Assembly (NCBI GenBank): GCA_964637185.1
Contig: CAZWVB010000001.1
Span: 160,972 to 224,971 of the forward strand
Length of the DNA stretch: 64,000 bases
Source of the DNA: an uncultured Candidatus Saccharibacteria bacterium
GTDB taxonomy: Bacteria > Patescibacteriota > Saccharimonadia > CAILAD01 > BJGX01
Direction of reading: 5' to 3'
Below are positions 31,494 to 39,100 of this stretch, piece after piece. The position numbers and the translations under genes were made by a program. How positions within the stretch are numbered: the stretch's first letter is position 1; every line of letters starts with the position of its first letter. The notes under the pieces are model-generated. The model was not told the origin of the DNA. It did no database searches and was given only the letters and a program-made list of their open reading frames with translations.

Positions 31494-31630
31494 TTAGCTT
31501 GTCTCCTATATTATACAAACTAATTGTAGCATACCATCACACTAAGTTTGTGCTGTGGATGTTTGGCAATACTGACGCAGTGTAGCTACACCCTATCGCG
31601 ATTCAAAACACTTAGACTAGGTATTAATAG

Positions 31631-31650
31631 AAAAAGACCCTTTCGGGCCT
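31631..31650 (-). terminator. Terminator hairpin downstream of tRNA-Trp (minus strand)
   Basis: The minus-strand RNA reads AGGCCCGAAAGGGUCUUUUU. Confidence 0.5.
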
Positions 31651-31665
31651 AAAACAAATGGCTAA

Positions 31666-31742
31666 TGGCAGGGGTGGCAGGAGTCGAACCCGCGACCTTC
31701 GGTTTTGGAGACCGACGCTCTAGCCAACTGAGCTACACCCCT
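31666..31742 (-). tRNA. trnW: tRNA-Trp (anticodon CCA), CCA end encoded
   Basis: Reverse complement AGGGGTGTAGCTCAGTTGGCTAGAGCGTCGGTCTCCAAAACCGAAGGTCGCGGGTTCGACTCCTGCCACCCCTGCCA. Anticodon loop CTCCAAA. Confidence 0.85.
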
Positions 31743-31812
31743 TGGTTTGTGAAATCGCGAAAGAGATAAATCAACCAGGATATTTTACCAAAAAACATGC
31801 AGTTTTGACAGG

Positions 31813-32037
31813 TCAGGACTTGTTGTCGCCGTGCTTGATAGCGGCCGCCAGTACAAAATATATGATCAGTCCAGGGATGATGCCAGATAACACAATAAAA
31901 ACTATACCAACGATACGTACCCAGGTAGGACTGAGTTTGTAGTAGTCGGCAATGCCGCCGGCTACTCCGGCTAGGTGTCTATCATCTTCCGAGAGGGTTA
32001 TATCGGGCTCTTTGGTGGATTTTTTGGACTTGGCCAT
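31813..32037 (-). CDS. PspC-domain small membrane protein
   Basis: LAGVAGGIADYYKLSPTWVRIVGIVFIVLSGIIPGLIIYFVLA is the PspC domain pattern. Confidence 0.7.
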   Translation of the reverse strand: MAKSKKSTKEPDITLSEDDRHLAGVAGGIADYYKLSPTWVRIVGIVFIVLSGIIPGLIIYFVLAAAIKHGDNKS

Positions 32038-32249
32038 TATTTCTTACCTTGCTCTGGAATGATGAATAGTCCCACCACAAAATATACAAATACACCTGGC
32101 ACTATACCCGAGAACAGAATTAATAACAGTACAATTATGCGTACCAGCGATGCGTCTATATTGAAGTATTCAGCAATGCCGCCGCATACGCCGAGTAATT
32201 TTTTGTCCTTTGACAGAGTGAGTTTCTTGTGAGGTTTCTTAGTTGCCAT
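32037..32249 (-). CDS. PspC-domain small membrane protein (tandem paralog)
   Basis: LLGVCGGIAEYFNIDASLVRIIVLLLILFSGIVPGVFVYFVVG. The start is uncertain: the ORF track extends to 32294, but that would place it 17 nt from the tRNA. Confidence 0.6.
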   Translation of the reverse strand: MATKKPHKKLTLSKDKKLLGVCGGIAEYFNIDASLVRIIVLLLILFSGIVPGVFVYFVVGLFIIPEQGKK

Positions 32250-32310
32250 AAGTGTATTGTACTCTTGACTTTGGCTTCGTGCCAAGCCAATCATAACTCG
32301 ATAAAATCGA

Positions 32311-32386
32311 TGGAGCCACCCACGAGATTCGAACTCGTGACCTCTTCCTTACCATGGAAGCGCTCTACCAACTGAGCTAGGGCGGC
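32311..32386 (-). tRNA. trnT: tRNA-Thr (anticodon GGT)
   Basis: Reverse complement GCCGCCCTAGCTCAGTTGGTAGAGCGCTTCCATGGTAAGGAAGAGGTCACGAGTTCGAATCTCGTGGGTGGCTCCA. Anticodon loop ATGGTAA. Confidence 0.85.
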
Positions 32387-32462
32387 TGGAGCCGATGGAG
32401 GGATTCGAACCCACGACCTGCTGTTTACAAAACAGCTGCTCTGCCAGCTGAGCTACATCGGC
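32387..32462 (-). tRNA. trnT: tRNA-Thr (anticodon TGT)
   Basis: Reverse complement GCCGATGTAGCTCAGCTGGCAGAGCAGCTGTTTTGTAAACAGCAGGTCGTGGGTTCGAATCCCTCCATCGGCTCCA. Anticodon loop TTTGTAA. Its 3' CCA abuts the 5' end of the previous tRNA with no spacer. Confidence 0.8.
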
Positions 32463-32679
32463 TCGTCCAAATATTATTGTAGCTTACGTCTTTTATACGA
32501 CTTCAGCTGACATAATATTTCTCCTCTCGATTTGTCAAACGGAGGCCTGGTTTGGCAAATCAGGTTTGATAATCCTAACCGAATCAAAAGTCAGCTTTTG
32601 ATTCGTAAAGGAGCAGTGATGTGTAAGTTACAAATATGAGTTGATAGCTCATATTATCAACTGGAACATAACTGTGACG

Positions 32680-32766
32680 TGGTGCAGGGGGAGGGATTCG
32701 AACCCCCGAAGGCATAAAGCCAGCAGATTTACAGTCTGCCGCGTTTGGCCGCTTCGCTACCCCTGC
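32680..32766 (-). tRNA. trnY: tRNA-Tyr (anticodon GTA), long variable arm
   Basis: Reverse complement GCAGGGGTAGCGAAGCGGCCAAACGCGGCAGACTGTAAATCTGCTGGCTTTATGCCTTCGGGGGTTCGAATCCCTCCCCCTGCACCA. Anticodon loop CTGTAAA. Confidence 0.85.
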
Positions 32767-32927
32767 GTATTTTTTGAAAAGCTAAAACTCGAGCTAAAAA
32801 CAGATTACAGTCTAGCAGATATTGGGATAATTTTCAATTCCTGGCGAACCGAAGCTTATGCTTGATTTTGTGCCACAAAAGTAGCACAATACAGCTGCCA
32901 ATATTCACTTGAGAGAAGGGAGACATC

Positions 32928-33257
32928 GTGGCGCAACCCGATGTCTTTGTAGTCGAAGTGCGGGTGAGAAAGACCGACGACGACCCGCCGCTGCGGGTCT
33001 ATCACACCGAGGTGCGAGACGGAGAAGGTGTCTGGCAGGAGACCTTTGGCTCGCGCGAGCAGCTGGAGGCTTACCTGCGTGGGCTCAACACGATCTTGTT
33101 CCAGTCTGGGTATCTGGCACATCTACTTGGCTGGCATCAGCCGGACAGCTGGCAACTGCCGGCTGGACGACGCTGGACCATACCGTTGATCGGTCAAGGT
33201 GAACCCAAGACAGAAGATCTCGATCATGAAGGCAAGGCGATGATCGACGTGTTGTGA
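32928..33257 (+). CDS. Hypothetical protein (109 aa), GC-rich islet
   Basis: GTG start with AAGGGAGA upstream. An overlapping alternative frame exists at 32909..33202. The coding frame choice is uncertain. Confidence 0.35.
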   Translation: MAQPDVFVVEVRVRKTDDDPPLRVYHTEVRDGEGVWQETFGSREQLEAYLRGLNTILFQSGYLAHLLGWHQPDSWQLPAGRRWTIPLIGQGEPKTEDLDHEGKAMIDVL

Positions 33258-33354
33258 GGTCATCAAGTGAGGTGGGGTACGGCACATCGGCCTACCCCAA
33301 GCGATCTAGGAGACTAGGTCGCCGTTTCGTTATTATCTGCAGTATAATTGGTGC

Positions 33355-33978
33355 ATGGCCAAATTTAGTACTGAGCTAACTGATCTTTTTACCAAGCACA
33401 AATCTATAAAGATAGCTGATCTCAATGAGTTGTTTGGTGAGAAGAGCTTTGCGATTGCATTTATTCTACTGATGATGACGGCAGCTTTACCTCTACCAAC
33501 TGGTGGCATTACCCATCTTTTTGAGATAATTACCATCTTATTGGCACTTGAGATGGTAGCAGGACGGCGCCGGATCTGGTTGCCCAAACGATGGGAGCAC
33601 AAGGCAATTCACTCGCCAACTCCGCACAAAGGCCTGGGTAAGATAGTCGGTGTAGTGGAGTTTTTTGAGAGATTCTCACGTCGTCGCGGACACTTTGTGG
33701 CACAACATCATATTTTTGTACGGCTAGTGGGGCTAATAGTGATAGTTCTCACTGTGTTTGCCTTCATAGCACCACCATTTTCTGGGCTAGATACTCTCCC
33801 AGCTATGGGTATAGTGATACTTAGTCTTGGGCTGATGCTTGATGATTTGCTGCTTGTAGTAGTGGGCGTAGTTATCGGAGCTACAGGAGTGCTAGTGGTG
33901 GTCGGTTTGTCTACTGCAATCATCGAGGGGTTCAAATCATATTGCACTCATGTCAAACAGCTGATCTGCGGCAAGTAG
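33355..33978 (+). CDS. ExoD-family exopolysaccharide synthesis membrane protein
   Basis: 207 aa. ...AFILLMMTAALPLPTGGITHLFEIITILLALEMVAGRRRIWLP... matches the ExoD pattern (LP.P.G....L..I..LLA.QM......WLP). Confidence 0.6.
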   Translation: MAKFSTELTDLFTKHKSIKIADLNELFGEKSFAIAFILLMMTAALPLPTGGITHLFEIITILLALEMVAGRRRIWLPKRWEHKAIHSPTPHKGLGKIVGVVEFFERFSRRRGHFVAQHHIFVRLVGLIVIVLTVFAFIAPPFSGLDTLPAMGIVILSLGLMLDDLLLVVVGVVIGATGVLVVVGLSTAIIEGFKSYCTHVKQLICGK

Positions 33979-34000
33979 ACATAACTGTTATAATAATTTC

Positions 34001-35278
34001 GTGAAGACCAAACAAATCCGCCGCAAACCTTGGCATTTAGCATTTATGATATTTCTGGCAGTGGGGGTGGCGGTAATTTTAACTCTGGTAGGTTGGCAAT
34101 GGTGGCAAGGACGTGAGTCGGCACAGTACCAAGCGAGTTTGCAGCCATTCTATACACCACCAAGTCCATTGCCCTCGACCCAGCCAGGCTATCTTATTCG
34201 CACTGAGCCAATAAATGTCAGTGTAGCTGGTGGTCAGGCCTACCGGATGCTCTATGTATCTCAACTGGCCGATGGTAGTCCGGCGGTGTCGTCCGGCATG
34301 TTTTTCGTACCAAATACTACCGCACCAGCTGGTGGGCGCAAAGTGGTAGCTTGGGCACATGGTACATTGGGCTTTGGTGACAACTGCGCGCCATCGCGCA
34401 ATCCGACGACTGGGCTCAATGACACTCAGAATTGGCTAAGTGGTATGATGCAGCGCGGCTGGGCAGTAGCAGCGACCGATTATGTTGGGGTCGGCACGCC
34501 AGGCGAGCCCTACTATTTGATAGGCCAGAGTGAGGCCCATGACGTACTTAATTCTGTTCGCGCGCTGCGTAACTTCGCTCCAGCGCAAGCAGGTGATGAC
34601 TTTGCTACCTGGGGGCATTCCCAAGGTGGGCATAGCTCGTTATTTAGTGCACAGCTTGCCAATAGCTACGCGCCAGAATTGCATCTGATGGCAGCAGCCG
34701 CCGCCGCACCAGCCGCTGAGTTGCCAGCTTTGTTTGGCGAGCAATATAACAATACAATTGCCTGGGGGATAGGGCCCGATGCGGCGGTATCTTGGCCCAT
34801 GGTTTATCCCAATTTGCCTTTGCAGGGGATACTCAGCAACTCGGCAATGAGAAACTATCAGAAATTGGCCTATGGGTGTGTAACCCAGGAAGTGCCTGGG
34901 CTAGAACTGCGGGCCGCGCTTGGCGAAAAGTTTTTCCAAACCAATCCAATGGACAATCCGCAGTGGTATGGTGCAGCTCAGGCTCAAACACCACAAGTTG
35001 GCGATATCAAAGTACCGCTCTATATAGCACAGGGCCTAACTGATACAGTGGTATTGCCCAATACTACAGCGTTGTTGGTGCAGTCAGCTTGTGGCCAAAA
35101 AGTAAATACTACTACCAACTGGTTGGGCAATACTGGGCATTTACAGGTGGCGGTTGTGTCTGGGCCAAGCGTTGTCGAGTGGTTGCAGGATAGGTTTGAT
35201 CGTTTGCCGGTGGTGGGTAGTTGTCATCAACCATTGCCAGTACAACCAGCCAGCTCGCCGGCTGCACCAGTCAATTAA
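34001..35278 (+). CDS. Secretory lipase family (LIP) alpha/beta hydrolase, N-terminal TM/signal anchor
   Basis: 425 aa. N-terminal hydrophobic helix. Nucleophile elbow GHSQGG. The overall pattern is that of secreted lipases of the LIP family. GC somewhat elevated. Confidence 0.6.
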   Translation: MKTKQIRRKPWHLAFMIFLAVGVAVILTLVGWQWWQGRESAQYQASLQPFYTPPSPLPSTQPGYLIRTEPINVSVAGGQAYRMLYVSQLADGSPAVSSGMFFVPNTTAPAGGRKVVAWAHGTLGFGDNCAPSRNPTTGLNDTQNWLSGMMQRGWAVAATDYVGVGTPGEPYYLIGQSEAHDVLNSVRALRNFAPAQAGDDFATWGHSQGGHSSLFSAQLANSYAPELHLMAAAAAAPAAELPALFGEQYNNTIAWGIGPDAAVSWPMVYPNLPLQGILSNSAMRNYQKLAYGCVTQEVPGLELRAALGEKFFQTNPMDNPQWYGAAQAQTPQVGDIKVPLYIAQGLTDTVVLPNTTALLVQSACGQKVNTTTNWLGNTGHLQVAVVSGPSVVEWLQDRFDRLPVVGSCHQPLPVQPASSPAAPVN

Positions 35279-35343
35279 CTCTTCCCAAAATGAATAGGAC
35301 CCCAACAAAGGGGTCGTATTCGTTGGGGCCGTGATGTTGCCGG

Positions 35344-35994
35344 CTAGACCGGAGGCTGCGAGGGGCTGATCGGGGTGGCCAGGATCTTGGTGGTAGACAC
35401 ACTCTGCTCGATCAGCTCGCTGAGCTTGGCCTTGAGCTCGGGGCTGGCCTGCTTGTCGTAGTTCTCCCAGGCCACGTCGACCTGTAGCGCCTCGAGCGCG
35501 TCGGCCAGCTCTTCGTCGTTCAGCGTGCCGAGGAACTTCCAGATCAGTTTGGGGTGTGACGCCAGGAAGTTGGGGTCGAAGTGCACGCCTTTCACGATGG
35601 ACTCGCGGTCGGTCGTGCCCAGCGCCTTGAGGAACTCAACTGCCTTGCCGGCCTTGACGTTGCGGCCGAGCACGATGACACGCTGCACCTTCATGCTGCG
35701 CTGCTGACCGGCCTTGCGGTACTCGATGCCGGTGACGCCCTTGTAGTTGGGTTCGTCGAGCCGACTGTTGATGGCCGCCTTGGCTTTGGTCTCAGACTTC
35801 TCGACTACCCGCTTGCGCTCACGCGCGCGGTACAGGCGCCAGCCGAAGTAGGCCAACGCCAACAGGCGCTTGAGCGACGAAACCTTCAGCTCGGGCGGTT
35901 GGGTGTCCTCTTCGCCGAGGACGATGAGTCCGGGTACGAGAGCTGACGCGTCTCGCCGGCCGTACTCCTTGCCACGGTCCCGGGATCGTGCCAT
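35344..35994 (-). CDS. Hypothetical basic protein (~216 aa), GC-rich islet
   Basis: ORF track 35344..36066. The likely start is the ATG at 35994 (MARSRDRGKEY...) with AGGAG upstream. A CCAGATATGG palindrome plus TATGCT lies at 36038-36053 on the minus strand. Confidence 0.5.
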   Translation of the reverse strand: MARSRDRGKEYGRRDASALVPGLIVLGEEDTQPPELKVSSLKRLLALAYFGWRLYRARERKRVVEKSETKAKAAINSRLDEPNYKGVTGIEYRKAGQQRSMKVQRVIVLGRNVKAGKAVEFLKALGTTDRESIVKGVHFDPNFLASHPKLIWKFLGTLNDEELADALEALQVDVAWENYDKQASPELKAKLSELIEQSVSTTKILATPISPSQPPV

Positions 35995-36194
35995 GATTGC
36001 TCCTATCTGTCGGAGGGATGGATTTTTACAGCTCACCAAGCATACCATATCTGGCTTCTTATGCAAACATAAGCTGTTTTCTGCTAAAATATGTAGGTAT
36101 ACTGATAGCTTGCAATGACAGACATAAATAGTTATGGAGGATTGGCGTTTCAGTACCGCTTCGTGCTCTAGCTTGTCTAGATTTTGTAATTATT

Positions 36195-39100
36195 ATGCCA
36201 GAAACTATAACAACCCAGCCAGAACCTAATAGATCAGAATCAAGTAGTGTTCAGCTACCCAAGTCTCCTCTTGATCAAGCAGTTCAACAAACAGCATCTG
36301 AAAAAGGCTTTCGTGATGAGGCGATAGAGTTTTTGACTACAAAGGGCGCCATGGATACTCTAATGCGGCAGTTTGAAACAAAAGACAAGTATGGGCAAAG
36401 TAGGATAAGAGGCGAGATTGATGCCCGCATCGCTGCCGAGTTGGCGGCCGCTGAACCAGATAAAGCACTTGAAATAGCCAGTGGATTGAAAGGCCAGGAA
36501 TTTGTTACTGCAGTCACACCGCTAGTAGCTGCAGAACCAGAAAAAGCTTCGGAGTTGATCAAGCTTCGGGCAGTTAATATAGACCCTGTAATTGCAGAGA
36601 TAGTGGCTCGAGCTACCGACACTAGCTTTGCACTTAGCTATATCCAAGCCATGACCGATTATTCCGCCAAGTATGAGCCTCATCATTCGAGCCTGCAAGC
36701 GGCGTTCCGTAGAGCTTGCGTGAATATGCTATTAGCACTAGCCGAATCAAGGCCGGGACAAATCGCTGATATTATCTCGACTGCCCAAAGGTTCTTTGCT
36801 GCTACCAAAGAAAGACTAAGTGACATTTCGGGCACTAGCTGCTATCGTGAGGACCTGCGCTGGCCGATTGTTCAGAGTTTTGTTGAGAGAGCACGTGATA
36901 AACCAGAGCTCACATCTTTTGTGGTAGAATCTGTTGGAGATCTACTGGATGCAGAACAAGTAGCCGAGCTATCAATTGGTCTGGCTGGGTTGGACGCAGA
37001 CAGGGCAAAGACATTGCTGGAGTCGATGGAATCATTTGATATGCCGGCCGAAAAGTACTTCGAAGTTTTGCAAATTATAGAGGGCTCGAGTGCAAAAGTA
37101 CCGATCGAATATACGTCGGAGCTGCTGCAAAAATTGCCTGCCACAGAGCATTCAATTCGTATGCTGATGAAGCTAGGCACACCCGAGGCAACCGAACTGG
37201 CGTTTGCAAAGATGCTTGGAACGGTCGAAAATAGATTTGGGTACGTTAAGTACGGACCCGACCTACTGGCCGAGCTAACTGCTGACAGTCCAGAATTGGC
37301 CACCAAGGTTTTGGATCTATATGAGTTCAACGGCGAAAAAGTTGACCAATATTCCGTTTGGCGTGGCGCAGTCATAGCTGCGGCAAAGCTACAGCCCGAA
37401 AGGGCATTAGAGGCTATGGGCGATGAAATCGATAAGCCTTTGATGATTGGTGTGGCTCAGGTAATGCCAGAAAAGATTGAGCCAAAGGTAGCCGAGCTTC
37501 GAGAATATGACCAACGCGACTATGCCGGTGCACTAGCGATAGGTTTTGCGTCAACCGACATCGAAAAAGCCATTGAATGGGCGAATAAGGGTAATGATGA
37601 ATGGGTTCGTGGTGGTGTTGCAATAGAAATAGCCAAAACGGATCCTGAACGAGCAATTGATTTTTTGAGCGACTCCCCCCAGAGTTTTATACCGCTTATA
37701 GAGATCGGTCAAACTACCCCAGCAGCAGTCGAAAAAGCAATCAGAATCTACTCCGACAGTCACCGCCGTGTAGATGCTTCACATGCCGAGTTGCTGGCCG
37801 AGACAGCTTGTCACCAACCAGAGTTTGCGGCCAGATTATTGAAGATAATAAACGAAATAAGTACCAAAGAGAGTGGTTATAGCTCCGATAGCCCCCAGAG
37901 ACGCCGACAGGTAAATATTGCCAGAGAAAAGGTATTTAACTTTCATGCCCAAAACCATCCTCTAACTTTTCTGGGGATGCTATCGCAAGATATAGACTTT
38001 CATATCTACGATAGCGAGATGGTCAACACAGCCCTAACAGCTGCTCTCGATGGAGCCTTTGCAGAAGACCCTGCCAAAGCAGCGACACTACTAAGCAAAG
38101 TTAAGGGTGAATACCGCGCCCAGTTGCTGGCTGGTGCGTTAAAATACGATGAAAGCTTTTACGACAGGGCTAAGCTTGCTGCCCAAAAAGAACTTGCAGG
38201 ACGTTTTGACGATACCAAATCAACTATTTCTGTTCTGGCTAATCTTGTACAGAACAATAGACCGTCTGAGGCTGAGCAAATATTACAGGAAATCGCAAAA
38301 GGGGTAGAGCAAAGTTATGATGCGATATACAAATTAACTCCTATTGGCCATGCGATACCAGAGCTGGCATCCGTGGTGGTATCACGATTGATTGAATTGG
38401 CAACATCAAGTACTAGCTCAGCCTACGACCAGCATGGCATCATTATGGCATTGGCTAAATTTGTGGGTACCAGCCAGGCCGCCAAAGAAGCAATAGCAGA
38501 TGTTGTTAGCTTCAGAAGATATAGTAAAAGCACAAAGGAATACAACACGGAGTTGGTTGGGGAATTGCTAGCGGTCGACCCAGTTTTTGCGGGTGAAATG
38601 TATGAAAAGATACTTGATCGTGCTAGTGATAATGACATAACCAAACAACTGAGTAAGCTCTCGCTCGAGGACTTTAGCAAATTTGTTTTGAGTAACAATA
38701 GTGGAGGCGCTAACCTTGCTTTCATAACAAATCGACTAAAGGGTCAACCGGAATCAGCTACCGAGTTGTTAAATCTTGGCGAACAGGTGTTTGCGACGAG
38801 CCCGCAAAATAAGATTGAGCTGTATTCGCTTTTTATAGATTATTTGCCTGACGTAGCTTCCAAATTGGTACAGACCTACGAGGAGCTTGATGACGATCGT
38901 GCCAAAAAGTCCTTAATGGGTGAAGCTATACTGGCCTATGCCCGACTGCAAAATGAGCGACTTGATCCTATCGTTAGAGAAAAGATTTATGGCGCTACCA
39001 ACCCGGTATTAGATCCGTTTAACATGGAAAAAGACCGCAGCTTTAACTTTCGCGCTGTTACGGCAGAAGACATTGAGGCTAGCCCCCAACTCATTGCTAC

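Noticed and set aside
32463-32679. Possible fifth tRNA (Gly) between tRNA-Thr and tRNA-Tyr, as in the canonical Thr-Tyr-Gly-Thr cluster
   Set aside because: I inspected both strands and found no acceptor/T-arm (GGTTCGA.TCC) cloverleaf signature. Only a short palindrome is present.
36284-37375. Antisense ORFs (36284..36622 and 36872..37375, minus) within the giant gene
   Set aside because: They are Ser/Ala-rich shadow frames inside a long uninterrupted sense ORF with coherent repeats and terminal domains.
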